A stretch of DNA of 64,000 nt from an uncultured Bacilli bacterium (GCA_944332485.1 CALVKB010000001.1:22924-86923), one strand, 5' to 3'. Shown: positions 48,322-59,878, counted from the stretch's first letter. A program made the numbers and translations. The notes: a model not told the origin generated them from the sequence alone.

Positions 48322-49491
48322 ATGAAAAATAAAATATTGTTCACTTCAGAGAGTGTCTCAGAAGGACACCCTGATAAAGTGTGTGACCAAATAGCCGATG
48401 CTATTTTGGATGAATGCTTAAAACAGGATAAAAAATCCAGAGTTGCCTGTGAAGTTTTAGCAACTAATAACAAAATCGTTTTAGCTGGTGAGATAACTTC
48501 TAAAGCGAAGATAAACATAAATAAGATTGTAAAAGATGTCGTCAAAGATATCGGTTACACCAAGAAAGAATATGGTTTCACATACAAAAATGTGAAAATT
48601 ATCAATATGATCAAAAAACAATCCTTGGATATCGCTATGGGTGTTGATCAAAGTGATGATGTTCTAGGTGCTGGTGACCAAGGTATCATGTTCGGTTATG
48701 CCACAAATGAAGACAAGACTTCCTATATGCCTCTTCCTTTGATAATGGCACATAGAATAGTACAATTGGCAACATCTTTAAGAAAGAAAGGTATTCTTAA
48801 ATATGCCCGTCCTGATATGAAATCACAAGTGACAATCGATTACACCTCTAAGGATAATTTGAAAGTCGATACTATCATCTTCTCCTGTCAGCATGATGAG
48901 AATATCGATTTTGAACAATTCAAAAAAGAACTTAAAACAAAAGTTATCGATGTCGTTTTGAAAGAATACAACTTCGATAAATGTGAGAATATTTTGATAA
49001 ATCCTACAGGACGTTTCGTCATCGGTGGACCAGTCGGTGATACTGGATTAACTGGTAGAAAATTGATAGTTGATACTTACGGTGGTTTTGTCAATCATGG
49101 TGGTGGTGCATTTTCTGGCAAGGATCCTTCAAAAGTCGATAGAAGTGCTTCCTATATGGCACGCTATGTTTGTAAAAATCTCGTCGCTAGTGGAATGTGC
49201 GATAAATGTATGATTCAATTATCATACGCCATCGGTTATCCAAAGCCTATCAGTATCTATTTAGATACTTACAATACAGAGAAAGTTGATAGAAACATCT
49301 TATTAAGCTGTATTAAAGATTTATTTGATTTCACACCGAAAGGTATAATCGATACTCTCAGATTATTGGATGATAATATAAGATATCGTGAATTGACCAA
49401 TTACGGTCATTTTGGAAAGAACAATTTCAGTTTTGAACAATTAGACATGGTTGATAAAATAAAAGAGTACGTTAAGAAAGCAAGTAAATAA
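48322..49491 (+). CDS. metK: S-adenosylmethionine synthase
   Basis: FTSESVSEGHPDK, GDQG, GGGAFSGKD motifs. AAAGGGGA RBS before the ATG at 48322; the track ORF begins at 48283. Confidence 0.95.
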   Translation: MKNKILFTSESVSEGHPDKVCDQIADAILDECLKQDKKSRVACEVLATNNKIVLAGEITSKAKININKIVKDVVKDIGYTKKEYGFTYKNVKIINMIKKQSLDIAMGVDQSDDVLGAGDQGIMFGYATNEDKTSYMPLPLIMAHRIVQLATSLRKKGILKYARPDMKSQVTIDYTSKDNLKVDTIIFSCQHDENIDFEQFKKELKTKVIDVVLKEYNFDKCENILINPTGRFVIGGPVGDTGLTGRKLIVDTYGGFVNHGGGAFSGKDPSKVDRSASYMARYVCKNLVASGMCDKCMIQLSYAIGYPKPISIYLDTYNTEKVDRNILLSCIKDLFDFTPKGIIDTLRLLDDNIRYRELTNYGHFGKNNFSFEQLDMVDKIKEYVKKASK

Positions 49492-49492
49492 A

Positions 49493-50992
49493 ATGGAAGA
49501 TTTTGATAATAGGCAATCTTTGACGCCTATATTCACCGCTATAAAAAAATATGTTGAATCAAATCCTGCTCCTTTTGATGTTCCCGGTCACAAGATGGGA
49601 AAATTCAAAACAGAATTAGCAACATATTGTTCGGACATGCTTTATAAACTTGATATAAATGCCCCTATCGGGTTGGATAATTTATATCATGCCACAGGAG
49701 TTATCAAGCAAGCAGAGGAATTGTGTGCTGAAGTTTTTCATGCTGATGAATGCATCTTCTCTGTCAACGGAACAACCGGTGGAATTTTAAGTATGATTGT
49801 TGGATTACTTTCACAAAACGATAAAATAATTCTCCCTCGTAACGTTCATAAATCTGTTATCAATGCTTTGATACTTTCTGGAGCTGTTCCAGTTTTTGTT
49901 ATTCCAGATTACGATTTGGAAAATGGTATTGCTAATGGCGTTCCATTTGAAAATTACAAATTAGCCATAGATTCAAACCCGGATGCTAAAGCTGTGTTTG
50001 TTATAAATCCAACGTACTTTGGAGTTTGCTCAGATTTAAGAAAGATCGTTGAATATGCTCATTCAAAAGATATGATAGTAATATGTGATGAAGCCCATGG
50101 TTCACACTTTTACTTCAACAAAGAACTACCAGTGAGTGCTATGGATGCTAATGCAGATATATCATCGCTAAGTATGCATAAAACAGCTGGTTCACTTACC
50201 CAATCAAGTTTGATCTTGATAAAAGGTGATAGAGTTGATGTTTCAAAAGTAAAAAAAGCCTTCTCAATGTTCTCATCAACTTCACCAAATCACCTTTTAT
50301 TAGCTTCAATTGATGTTGCTAGAAAAAAACTTTATTTTGAAGGTGAAAAATTATTAGATGATACATTAGCTTTGGCAAAATACGCCAGAACGAAACTCAA
50401 TCAAATCAAAGGTATAAAAGTTTTTGATAAACACTACTGTCATAAAGATGGAAGATTCGACTTTGATTTAACTAAACTTGTTATAAAGGTTACAAATCTT
50501 GGATTATCCGGATTTGAAGTTTACAGGATGGTTCGTGAAGAATTCAACATCCAATTGGAATTAGCAGAAGTCGGTTTGGTTTTATGTATTTTGACAATCG
50601 GATCAACAAAAGATGATGTCGATAGATTGATCGAAGCTTTCAAAGTTCTCTCCGATCGATATTACGCTATTAGAAAAACAAAGATCATTCCAAAATTCAA
50701 GTTCCGTTATCCAAAACGTGTTTGTACACCATTTCAAGCTTTCAACGCTCCTAAAAAGCTCATCGTTTTGGAAGAGAGCGTTGGTGAGATATGCGGTGAA
50801 TCACTTATGATCTATCCCCCAGGTATTCCATTAGCCATACCTGGTGAAGTTATCACACTACAAGCGGTGCAGTTGATAGAATATTATTTAAAACAAGGTG
50901 GAGTACTTCTTTCTGACTCCCCTGAAGGATATGTTAAAGTTATCGATAAAAACAAATGGTATTTAGGAAGTGAGGTAAATTATGACTACTAA
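49493..50992 (+). CDS. speA: Orn/Lys/Arg decarboxylase family PLP enzyme (SpeA-like arginine decarboxylase)
   Basis: PLP-lysine region SMHKTAGS; about 500 aa like B. subtilis SpeA; agmatinase gene immediately downstream. Confidence 0.8.
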   Translation: MEDFDNRQSLTPIFTAIKKYVESNPAPFDVPGHKMGKFKTELATYCSDMLYKLDINAPIGLDNLYHATGVIKQAEELCAEVFHADECIFSVNGTTGGILSMIVGLLSQNDKIILPRNVHKSVINALILSGAVPVFVIPDYDLENGIANGVPFENYKLAIDSNPDAKAVFVINPTYFGVCSDLRKIVEYAHSKDMIVICDEAHGSHFYFNKELPVSAMDANADISSLSMHKTAGSLTQSSLILIKGDRVDVSKVKKAFSMFSSTSPNHLLLASIDVARKKLYFEGEKLLDDTLALAKYARTKLNQIKGIKVFDKHYCHKDGRFDFDLTKLVIKVTNLGLSGFEVYRMVREEFNIQLELAEVGLVLCILTIGSTKDDVDRLIEAFKVLSDRYYAIRKTKIIPKFKFRYPKRVCTPFQAFNAPKKLIVLEESVGEICGESLMIYPPGIPLAIPGEVITLQAVQLIEYYLKQGGVLLSDSPEGYVKVIDKNKWYLGSEVNYDY

Positions 50993-51866
50993 TAAATTTG
51001 AAAGAAATCTCAATGTATTTCAATCATGTGAAAGTGAATATAAAGATGCTGATGTTGTTATATTCTCTTCACCGATGGATGCGACATGTTCATTCCGTCC
51101 GGGAACAAGATTCGCTGGTAATCAAATAAGATTGGAATCTTTCGGTATGGAATGGTATTCCCCTTATTTTGATATGGATTTGAAAGATTATAAAACCTGT
51201 GATATCGGTGATATCGACATGCCTCAAGGTGATGTTGAAAAAGATCTTGATTGCATTTCAAATGTGACAAAAGAGATATTGAAAGATAACAAAATTCCTG
51301 TCATGATTGGTGGTGAACACTTAACAACTTTAGGTGTTATAAGAGAGATTGTTAAAAAGTATAAAGATGTAAATATCATACATTTTGATGCCCATACTGA
51401 TTTGAGAACCGAGTTCATGGGAAGAGAATTAAGTCATGCGACAGTTTTAAGAAAATGCTATGATCTTCTCAATCACAAAAATGCTAATTTATATCAATTC
51501 GGAATCCGTTCCGGAGATAAAACTGAATTTGAGTGGGCTAAAACTCACATTCATCAAAGAAAATTCGACACATATGGTTTACAAGAAGTTGTCGAGAAAC
51601 TCAAAGATAAACCTGTATATATAACAATTGATCTTGATGTTCTAGATCCAAGTGTCTTTCCAGGTACTGGTACTCCAGAAGCTGGAGGCATCACATATAA
51701 AGAACTCCAACAAGCTATTTTAGATATGTCCAAATTGAACAATATCGTCGGTTGTGATATGGTTGAATTATCTCCAGATTACGATCCAAGCAAAGTTTCA
51801 ACCCAAGTTGCTTCAAAAGTCCTCAGAGAACTTTTATTGCTTGTTCACAAAACATTAAATAAATAA
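50982..51866 (+). CDS. speB: Agmatinase (arginase/ureohydrolase family)
   Basis: Mn-binding motifs GGEH, HFDAHTDL, DLDVLDP. Confidence 0.88.
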   Translation: MTTNKFERNLNVFQSCESEYKDADVVIFSSPMDATCSFRPGTRFAGNQIRLESFGMEWYSPYFDMDLKDYKTCDIGDIDMPQGDVEKDLDCISNVTKEILKDNKIPVMIGGEHLTTLGVIREIVKKYKDVNIIHFDAHTDLRTEFMGRELSHATVLRKCYDLLNHKNANLYQFGIRSGDKTEFEWAKTHIHQRKFDTYGLQEVVEKLKDKPVYITIDLDVLDPSVFPGTGTPEAGGITYKELQQAILDMSKLNNIVGCDMVELSPDYDPSKVSTQVASKVLRELLLLVHKTLNK

Positions 51867-52005
51867 AAGTACTTTTTAAAATTTCATAGTTATATATCTA
51901 TTTTCAATGGATTTTTACATATTTTTAGAATGCTCATTTTATATGTAATTTTAAATGTAATATCCGAAAATAATTTATAATAAAGATAGAAAGGAAGTAC
52001 CAAAT

Positions 52006-52542
52006 ATGAAAATAAATATCGTCGGTAAAAATGTAACAATTACAGAGGCAATGCATCGTCAAATTGAAAAGAAAATGGAGCGTATTTCCAACTTATTCGA
52101 TTCAACTGATTCTCTTGTCGCAACTGTTTTAGTATCAACATGCAAGAACGAGCAGATTGTTGAAATTTCTGTCAACACAGGCGTTATCAACCTCAGAGTT
52201 AAAGTCAAAACAGAGGATATGTACTCCTCACTTGATTTAGCTATTGACAGACTCGAAGGTCAAATGAGAAAAGTTAAAACTCAGATGACTAACAAAAAGA
52301 AACATGGCGCATTAGGTAAACACATAAGATTCGAAAATATCGCTGATTATGAAGATGATTTACCAGTCATAGTCAAAAAGAAAAACTTCACCTTAGTTCC
52401 GATGGATCAAGATGAAGCAATGACAAGAATGGAAGCTTTGAATCACTCATTCTTCATATATCTTGATTCAACAAGTGGTTTAGTCAATGTTCTTTACAGA
52501 AGGGATGATGGAACCTACGGTTTGATTGAAGTCAAAGAATAA
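52006..52542 (+). CDS. hpf: Ribosome hibernation promoting factor (long HPF)
   Basis: N-terminal RaiA/YfiA domain MKINIVGKNVTITEAM; C-terminal dimerisation domain. Confidence 0.9.
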   Translation: MKINIVGKNVTITEAMHRQIEKKMERISNLFDSTDSLVATVLVSTCKNEQIVEISVNTGVINLRVKVKTEDMYSSLDLAIDRLEGQMRKVKTQMTNKKKHGALGKHIRFENIADYEDDLPVIVKKKNFTLVPMDQDEAMTRMEALNHSFFIYLDSTSGLVNVLYRRDDGTYGLIEVKE

Positions 52543-52555
52543 AACCAAAAATTAA

Positions 52556-53068
52556 TTATTTACACAACAATCCTGGCAACTTGCCAGGATTTTTATTTGC
52601 AATAGATGGATTTTTCAAATTTGAAAGTAACTTAGTTAAATCATCTTTGTTTGCAGTAAGACCGACATTAGCATTTAAGATTTTTCCTTTGTAGAAATAA
52701 GCTATGGTAGGAACCAAAAAACTTTTATAAAAATTATGAGAAGTTAAATTGCTCAAATCATCTTTTAAATTATTCAAAATATCTTTATTTTCCATTTCTA
52801 TCAATTTTGCAACATCAATAATAAGCAAAATATCATCACTTGTTTCAAAGTAAAAATTAACCAACGGAGTTATTTTCACACACAATGAACAAGTGTCATC
52901 TTTAATATACAAATAAAAATTGCTATCTTCTGTTAACATTTTATTGAAAGTATTTAAATCATTATAAATATTGGTAGAGTTCATAGCAGAACTTTCATTT
53001 AGCGTTTCACTTTGACATGAACTTAAGCATAAAATAAACATAGACACAATAATCTTTAAAAATCTCAT
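52556..53068 (-). CDS. Lipoprotein with CxxC (thioredoxin-like?) motif
   Basis: Signal peptide plus lipobox LSSC; DDTCSLC motif. Fold not established. Confidence 0.45.
   Translation of the reverse strand: MRFLKIIVSMFILCLSSCQSETLNESSAMNSTNIYNDLNTFNKMLTEDSNFYLYIKDDTCSLCVKITPLVNFYFETSDDILLIIDVAKLIEMENKDILNNLKDDLSNLTSHNFYKSFLVPTIAYFYKGKILNANVGLTANKDDLTKLLSNLKNPSIANKNPGKLPGLLCK
52570..52595. terminator. Perfect palindromic bidirectional terminator
   Basis: atcctggcaa c ttgccaggat followed by ttttt. It overlaps the last codons (PGKLPG) of the convergent minus-strand ORF. Confidence 0.7.
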
Positions 53069-53168
53069 CTTTAATAAATCCTCTCTAATATATATAAGGA
53101 TTCAGACAAATAAAAAAGCTCTTTTTTCAAGAGCTTTATTGACTAGTTATAATTTTAATTATTTTAAT

Positions 53169-54920
53169 TTAACGTGCTTTATCCAATTCTGATGGATTGA
53201 AGGTATCTAAGATTTTGACAACTTCACTTGCAACATCTTTTTGATTTGGTTTAACCATAGGATCTTTGATATTCGAAGCTTCCAACAACTCCTTGTAATC
53301 CATTGTTCCACCTAATTTTGAGAGTTTCAAATATTTTTCAAAAGTCTTCTCGGCTTTTTCACTTGTCTTCAACTCATTGTAAGACTCACATAAAAATTCC
53401 AATGAAACAATTTGAGCGATTGTGTAATCAATGTAATAAAAAGGAGAAGTTACAATGTGATGTTGACGCATCCATTGACCACCATTTTTAAGGAAAGGTG
53501 CTTTATCATAATTGATCAAAGGATTGTAGATCTTCTCAAGTTCAGCCCATTTCATCTTTCTTTGTTTATGTGTCATCTTTGGATTCTCATAAACTTCATG
53601 TTGGAAATGATCAACCAAAGTACCATATGGGATGAAAGTCAATGCACTGGCGATATGATAATATCTGTATTTATCAGCTTTATTTCCAAAGAACAACTCC
53701 ATCTTTGGATGAGCTAAAAATTCCATTGACATGGAATGCATCTCACAAACTTCATATCCTGGGCTTCTTAACATCGGCACTTCGATATCAGCGGATAAGA
53801 ATGCTTGTAAAGCATGACCAAATTCATGAGTCAAAACATCGACGTCACCACTTGTTCCGTTGAAATTTGAAAATATAAATGGTGTTTTCAAGCAAGGTAA
53901 ATATGTCTCATAACCACCACCGGCTTTACCAGGTTTCGCTTCTAAATCAACACAATTATGATCGATCAAGAAATTGAAATATTTCGAACATTCACTGTTC
54001 AGTTGTTTATAAAGTTTTCTTGCTTGATTGACAAGTTTATCTTTATCACCTTTAGGTTGTGGGTTACCTGATTTATAGAAGATCTTGTAATCATAATACT
54101 GTGTATCATCACCGTAACCTAATCTTTCTTTTTGCTGTTCCAAAATCTTGTTAGCGAGAGGCACGATATTGGTGACAACTTGCTCACGGTATTGTTTGAC
54201 ATCCTCTTCATTCCATCCGGTACGACCTAATCTGTCATAAGCCAATTGAATGAAGTTCTTATAACCTAATTTAGTGGCGATCTTTGTTCTTGTTTTTACA
54301 AGCTTATCGAAGATTTTACCAACTTCAGTATCGTGATCTTTCCACCACTTCAAAACAAGTTTGTTAGCTTTTCTTCTTTCAGAACGTGATTTGGAAGAAC
54401 AATATTTACCCATCTGTGGGAGTGATAATTTTTGACCTTTGTACTCGATCAAAGCTGATGAAATAAGTTTTGTGTATTCTGATGTTAACTTATTCTCCTC
54501 TTGAAGAAGTGGGATAACCTTTGGAGAGAATGTTTTAAGTTGAACTTGTAATTTCTTGATGAATAATTCACCGAAAGCTTCAACGATCTCCTTACGATAA
54601 GGGCTATTTAAAATAAGTTCATTGATCTTATTACCATATTCACTTATCTGAGGGATGATCTCATCGAACATATCATTCCACTTGTTGTATTTTTCATCTC
54701 TTGTATCGATTGTATGATGAACTGAGATCAAACTGTATTGAGTACTCAAAGCATCATCCAAAGCGAAAGAGTCTCTTATAGCCTGTAATGTCTCTTCAGC
54801 ACTTTTAGCTTTTTTAAATTCATCGATAACCTTCAAATAGTCATTTTTGAATTCTTCAAAATTAGGTTCAGCAACCTCGATTTTCAAAAAATCTTCAAAT
54901 TTAGTATCAAACTTCTGCAT
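53169..54920 (-). CDS. pepF: Oligoendopeptidase F (M3B family)
   Basis: HEFGHA zinc motif; 583 aa. Confidence 0.9.
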   Translation of the reverse strand: MQKFDTKFEDFLKIEVAEPNFEEFKNDYLKVIDEFKKAKSAEETLQAIRDSFALDDALSTQYSLISVHHTIDTRDEKYNKWNDMFDEIIPQISEYGNKINELILNSPYRKEIVEAFGELFIKKLQVQLKTFSPKVIPLLQEENKLTSEYTKLISSALIEYKGQKLSLPQMGKYCSSKSRSERRKANKLVLKWWKDHDTEVGKIFDKLVKTRTKIATKLGYKNFIQLAYDRLGRTGWNEEDVKQYREQVVTNIVPLANKILEQQKERLGYGDDTQYYDYKIFYKSGNPQPKGDKDKLVNQARKLYKQLNSECSKYFNFLIDHNCVDLEAKPGKAGGGYETYLPCLKTPFIFSNFNGTSGDVDVLTHEFGHALQAFLSADIEVPMLRSPGYEVCEMHSMSMEFLAHPKMELFFGNKADKYRYYHIASALTFIPYGTLVDHFQHEVYENPKMTHKQRKMKWAELEKIYNPLINYDKAPFLKNGGQWMRQHHIVTSPFYYIDYTIAQIVSLEFLCESYNELKTSEKAEKTFEKYLKLSKLGGTMDYKELLEASNIKDPMVKPNQKDVASEVVKILDTFNPSELDKAR

Positions 54921-54937
54921 AACTTTTCTCCTTTTCT

Positions 54938-56479
54938 TTACTTAAGTTTGTATATTTCTGTAAATTTTTCTTCCAAATAATCTAAATAATCATCGACTGT
55001 GAAATCACGTTTTGTGATTTGCTTGATCCATGTTTGTGCATCCAAGCAACTAGCTTTTGCAAAAACATTATCTCTCATATAATCGACGATACGTTGAATA
55101 TTGTCATTCAATATAATTTGATTGATATCAAATTCTTCAAGCATGGTGTTGTAGTACATCGCATTGTAGGCATTTCCTAAAGCGTAAGTTGGAAAATATC
55201 CAAAACCACTTGACCAGTGGACATCTTGTAAAACACCATGGGCATCATCACTGACAACTTCACCTAAGTATTCTTTGTAAAGTTTGTTCCAACGTTTGCT
55301 CAATTCATTGACAGTGATCTCTTTATTGAAAAGTGCTTTTTCAAGTTCATATCTGATTGCGATATGCAATGAATATGTCAATTCATCAGCTTCTGTTCTA
55401 ATCAAATTGCTTTTAACTTCATTAGCCGCTAAATATAAATCTTCCTCAGTGACATCTGATAATTCACTTCTGAAGATTCTCTTGAATTCAGGGTAGATCA
55501 AATGAATGAAGGCACGGGAACGACCGATTCTGTTTTCAAAGAAACGGGAGACAGATTCATCCATTGCTAAACTTCTGTAATGATCAATATGATTATCATA
55601 ATCGGAGTTTGGAATATTCTGACCGAATATTCCATGGCCACCTTCATGAATTACAGAGTAAATATTAGATAAGAAATTATCCTCAAAAATATGAGTGGTG
55701 ACACGATGATCATTCTTAGCTAAAGAATTTGTAAATGGATGCTCAGTGAAACCTAAACTACCACGATTCATGTCATAACCTATTGTCTTCAATAAATATT
55801 TTGAAAATTCAACTTGCTTATGAGCAGGGATATGACGTTTGGTAAAATCGTTACGAATAACAACCTTACTCTCTTTGACTTTCTTCAATAATGGGATGAT
55901 GCGTTGTTTTATTTTCTCAAAGAATGGATCTAACAACTCAGTACTCATATTTTTCTCATTGTTGTCCATGATCCTATTGAATACTGTAGATTCCAATGGT
56001 CTTGCTGAGAGTGTCACTTGTTTTTCACTGACTTTCAAAATTTCTCTGAGTTGATTTTTGAATAAATTGTAATCATTTGCTTTCTTAGCTTTCAACCAAC
56101 ATAAGTAACCTTCGATCAAAACTTTATCGAATTGTTGTCTTTGCTTCTTAGTGATATTCTTTTCATCTTGATAGTTCGAATACAAGTGATCTATCAAAGT
56201 TTTCTCTTCAAGTGTGAACTCCTCTTTTGAAAGTCTGTCATGAAGTTCACAGACTAAATTGATGTAATTTTTATCATTTGTCAAAGCGAACATTTGTTGA
56301 GAAAGATAAAGTTCATCCTCGTTGTTTTCATCCATCGATAACTCTGGACAGCTTGTTGATGAATCATAACTTATAACTGCCATCATATGATAGAATCTTT
56401 CAAGTTTACTTAAATACTCATTCAATTTTTCAAGTAACTCTTGTTTTGTTAAATTATTGATTTCCATAAAAAACCTCAC
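54938..56479 (-). CDS. Carboxypeptidase Taq-type metallopeptidase (M32)
   Basis: HEGGHGIF (HExxH), IRTEADELTY, DxRxT-like and HPF motifs. Confidence 0.88.
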   Translation of the reverse strand: MRFFMEINNLTKQELLEKLNEYLSKLERFYHMMAVISYDSSTSCPELSMDENNEDELYLSQQMFALTNDKNYINLVCELHDRLSKEEFTLEEKTLIDHLYSNYQDEKNITKKQRQQFDKVLIEGYLCWLKAKKANDYNLFKNQLREILKVSEKQVTLSARPLESTVFNRIMDNNEKNMSTELLDPFFEKIKQRIIPLLKKVKESKVVIRNDFTKRHIPAHKQVEFSKYLLKTIGYDMNRGSLGFTEHPFTNSLAKNDHRVTTHIFEDNFLSNIYSVIHEGGHGIFGQNIPNSDYDNHIDHYRSLAMDESVSRFFENRIGRSRAFIHLIYPEFKRIFRSELSDVTEEDLYLAANEVKSNLIRTEADELTYSLHIAIRYELEKALFNKEITVNELSKRWNKLYKEYLGEVVSDDAHGVLQDVHWSSGFGYFPTYALGNAYNAMYYNTMLEEFDINQIILNDNIQRIVDYMRDNVFAKASCLDAQTWIKQITKRDFTVDDYLDYLEEKFTEIYKLK

Positions 56480-56719
56480 AAATACAATTAAATTATATAT
56501 TTTTTAATTTAATAATAATTAATTAACTATATATCATTGTTAGAATTTTGCCATAAAATTAATTTTCATTTAAATTTGCCCAAATATAATATATTGCAAA
56601 TTGAAGTCTTTTATAGAAAAGCAACTTATTTGTATAAATAAAAAATGTAAAATTGACTTTATTATTTATCATTGTGATAATTAGATTGTACAAACTGTTT
56701 TTAAGTGAGGAAAAAGATT

Positions 56720-57265
56720 ATGAAAAAAGTTTTAGTTATCATCAGTAAAGGCTTTGAAGAAGTCGAATTATTAGGGCCTCTTGATATGTTTTCAAGAAGT
56801 AATATAAGTTATGATTTAACAACAATAGATAACACATCAGATGTTGTCAGCTCCCACAACTTCACACTTCACAATGTCAAACCATTAACTGAAAATATAG
56901 ATGTTGATATGTACGATATGTTGTTCATCCCTGGTGGTGCCCATTTTAAAACTCTCGATAACTCAACTTTAGTTAAAAATACAATTTTGAAATTCGATAA
57001 AGCTGGTAAACTCATAGGTTGTATTTGTGCTGCACCGATACTTTTAGGCCATTTAGGTTTACTTAAAAATAAAAATTACACTTGCTTCACCGCGATGAAT
57101 GAAGAGATGGGTGGTAACTACAAATATCAAGGTGTTGTAGTGGATGGAAGATATATAACAGGAAGAAGTGTTTACTACTCAACAATGTTCGGTATTGAAT
57201 TAGCAAAACACTTACTTTCCAAAACTGATTTTGAAAAATTGTGTGCTCAAATATATGTTGAATAA
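56720..57265 (+). CDS. DJ-1/PfpI family protein
   Basis: Nucleophile-elbow GCICAAPILLG. GAGGAA RBS before the ATG at 56720; the track ORF starts at 56705. Confidence 0.85.
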   Translation: MKKVLVIISKGFEEVELLGPLDMFSRSNISYDLTTIDNTSDVVSSHNFTLHNVKPLTENIDVDMYDMLFIPGGAHFKTLDNSTLVKNTILKFDKAGKLIGCICAAPILLGHLGLLKNKNYTCFTAMNEEMGGNYKYQGVVVDGRYITGRSVYYSTMFGIELAKHLLSKTDFEKLCAQIYVE

Positions 57266-57361
57266 TTAAATTAATATTTCTAAGTTAGTAAATATTTTCA
57301 AACTAGCCTCTTATTCTTATATAATTAAAACGATATATTTATGAGGTAAAAGAGGAAAAAG

Positions 57362-59554
57362 ATGAAAAGTGTTTTTGAATTGGAGTTTTTCAATAGAACT
57401 CTGAAAGTTGAAATTGGTGAAATTTCAAAACAAGCTGACGGTGCAGTATTAACCCGTTATAACGATACGGTTGTTTTATCCACAGCCTGTGCCGCTAAAG
57501 AACCAAAGGAAGGAACAGATTTCTTCCCATTAACTGTTGTATACAACGAAAAACAATATTCAATAGGTAAAATCCCTCAAGGATTTTTAAGAAGAGAAGG
57601 TCGTCCTGGCGAACACGCCACATTGACAGCTCGTTTGATCGACCGTCCAATAAGACCTATGTTTTCCGATGGTTTTAGAAATGAAGTGCAAATTATAAAC
57701 GAAGTTTTCTCAGTCGATCCTGATTGCACACCTGAGATGACTGCTATGTTCGGTTCAAGTTTAGCATTGGGCATTTCTGATATACCATTTGATGGTCCTA
57801 TCGCTGGTGTTCAAGTTGGATATGTCGATAATCAATTTGTCATCAACCCATCCGTTGAACAAAAGGAAAAATCATTGTTGAATTTATCAGTTGCCGGAAC
57901 AAAGCAAGCTATTAACATGGTTGAAGCTGGTGCTAGTGAACTTTCCGAAGAAACAATGTTAGAAGCTATCATGTTCGGTCATGAAGCTATCAAAAAATTA
58001 TGTGAATTCCAAGAGAAAATCATAAAGGAAGTTGGTAAAGCTAAACGTGATATCCCTGTTTATCAAATAGACCCAGCTTTACAAAAAGAAGTCAATCAAT
58101 TGAATGATTCAAAAAATAGATTGATAAAGGCTGTTTCAATTCACGATAAGCTTGATAGACAAAATACAATTGATGAGATTGAAAATGAAATCATCAGTAT
58201 TTACGAAGAGAGAGAATACAAGGATGAAAAGACTAAAAAAGAGATTCTTTTCATGGTCAAAGATATTCTTGAAACTGTCGTTAAAGATGAAGTTAGACGT
58301 TTAATTACTGAAGATAAAATAAGACCAGATGGTCGTAAGATCGATGAGATCAGACCTTTGGATGCCCAAGTTGATTTACTTCCAAGAGTTCACGGTTCAG
58401 CTATGTTCACAAGAGGTCAAACTCAAGTTATCTCCTCCTGTACATTAGGACCTTTATCTGATGCTCAAATTTTGGACTCTGTCACTGGTGAACAAGGCAA
58501 ACGTTTCATGCATCATTACAATTTTCCACCTTACGCAGTTGGTGAAATTGGACGTACTGGTTCTCCAGGTAGAAGAGAAATCGGTCATGGTGCTTTAGGT
58601 GAGAGAGCTTTGAGTTATGTCATCCCATCTGAGGATGAGTTCCCATTCACCATCCGTTGTGTTTCTGAAGTTGTTGAATCAAATGGTTCCTCCTCTCAAG
58701 CTAGTATCTGTGCTTCCTGCATGGCTCTTATGAGTGCTGGTGTTCCAATCAAATCTCCGGTCAGTGGAATCGCAATGGGATTGATATCTTCAGGACCATT
58801 CGATGGTAAACATCCTTACACCATCTTAACTGATATTCAAGGTATGGAAGATCACTTAGGTGATATGGATTTTAAAGTTGCTGGAACTCCTGATGGTATC
58901 ACAGCTTTGCAGATGGATATCAAGATCAAAGGTATCACAAGGGAGATTTTACAACAAGCTTTAGCTCAAGCTCACAAAGCTCGTGCTGAGATTTTGAAAG
59001 TCATGCTCAACGCAATTCCATGTCCAAGAGAAGATACATCCAAGTACGCTTTGAAGACCAAAACTATCTACATTGATCAATCTAAGATCAGAGAAGTTAT
59101 CGGTACTCAAGGTAAAGTTATCAATAAGATCATCGATGAAAATGATAATCCTAGCATCGATATAAACGATGATGGTAGAGTTATCGTTTATCACACAGAT
59201 AGAAACATCGTTGAAAGAGTTTGCCAAATCATCGAAGATATAGCTAGAATTGCTAAGGTCGGTGATGTTTACAATGGTAAAGTTGTCCGTATCGAAAGTT
59301 ACGGTTGCTTTGTCAATTTGTTCGGTAATGTCGATGGTATGTTGCATATTTCTAATATCGACTATGTCAGAGTGAACAAGGTTGAAGATTACTTCAAACT
59401 CGGTGATACAGTTAAAGTTATTGTCACCGGTATCGATGAACAAGGTAAAATTTCCCTCTCGCACAAAGAGTTCAGAGAGAAACCTGAGAACTATGTCGAA
59501 CCTAAATTCACCAATCCATTAGTCTCGAAGAAGAAAGACAACAGAAGAAAGTAA
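57362..59554 (+). CDS. pnp: Polyribonucleotide nucleotidyltransferase
   Basis: Two RNase PH domains, KH (GKVINKII) and S1 domains; 730 aa. Confidence 0.95.
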   Translation: MKSVFELEFFNRTLKVEIGEISKQADGAVLTRYNDTVVLSTACAAKEPKEGTDFFPLTVVYNEKQYSIGKIPQGFLRREGRPGEHATLTARLIDRPIRPMFSDGFRNEVQIINEVFSVDPDCTPEMTAMFGSSLALGISDIPFDGPIAGVQVGYVDNQFVINPSVEQKEKSLLNLSVAGTKQAINMVEAGASELSEETMLEAIMFGHEAIKKLCEFQEKIIKEVGKAKRDIPVYQIDPALQKEVNQLNDSKNRLIKAVSIHDKLDRQNTIDEIENEIISIYEEREYKDEKTKKEILFMVKDILETVVKDEVRRLITEDKIRPDGRKIDEIRPLDAQVDLLPRVHGSAMFTRGQTQVISSCTLGPLSDAQILDSVTGEQGKRFMHHYNFPPYAVGEIGRTGSPGRREIGHGALGERALSYVIPSEDEFPFTIRCVSEVVESNGSSSQASICASCMALMSAGVPIKSPVSGIAMGLISSGPFDGKHPYTILTDIQGMEDHLGDMDFKVAGTPDGITALQMDIKIKGITREILQQALAQAHKARAEILKVMLNAIPCPREDTSKYALKTKTIYIDQSKIREVIGTQGKVINKIIDENDNPSIDINDDGRVIVYHTDRNIVERVCQIIEDIARIAKVGDVYNGKVVRIESYGCFVNLFGNVDGMLHISNIDYVRVNKVEDYFKLGDTVKVIVTGIDEQGKISLSHKEFREKPENYVEPKFTNPLVSKKKDNRRK

Positions 59555-59563
59555 AATATCAAT

Positions 59564-59860
59564 ATGAGCAACAATTATTTTGAGCAGGAAGATAGTAAGG
59601 TTAAAGTTTTAAGCATCGTAGGTTTAGTTTTATCTATACTAGGAGTTTTAGGTGCTTGTATTGCATTTATCCCTATGCTTAATTTTATCTATGTTTTCTA
59701 CATTCCCTTTATCTTTGGAATAGCTTCTTTGATTGTTGCTGCTATTATCAATTCCAAACAAGGTAGACATCGTATTTCCTTGTTTGTTTTTTCCGGAGTT
59801 GTCACTTTTATCGGTTTTGTTTATATTATGATTGCAGCTATTATGCTGATGATGTTGTAG
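59564..59860 (+). CDS. Small membrane protein (3 TM), unknown function
   Basis: Hydrophobic; no motifs. Confidence 0.45.
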   Translation: MSNNYFEQEDSKVKVLSIVGLVLSILGVLGACIAFIPMLNFIYVFYIPFIFGIASLIVAAIINSKQGRHRISLFVFSGVVTFIGFVYIMIAAIMLMML

Positions 59861-59878
59861 TCAAAGGAGGAAACATAT

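Noticed and set aside
53303-53863. Three plus-strand ORFs (62-101 aa)
   Set aside because: They are antisense within oligoendopeptidase F (HEFGHA gene) and not supported.
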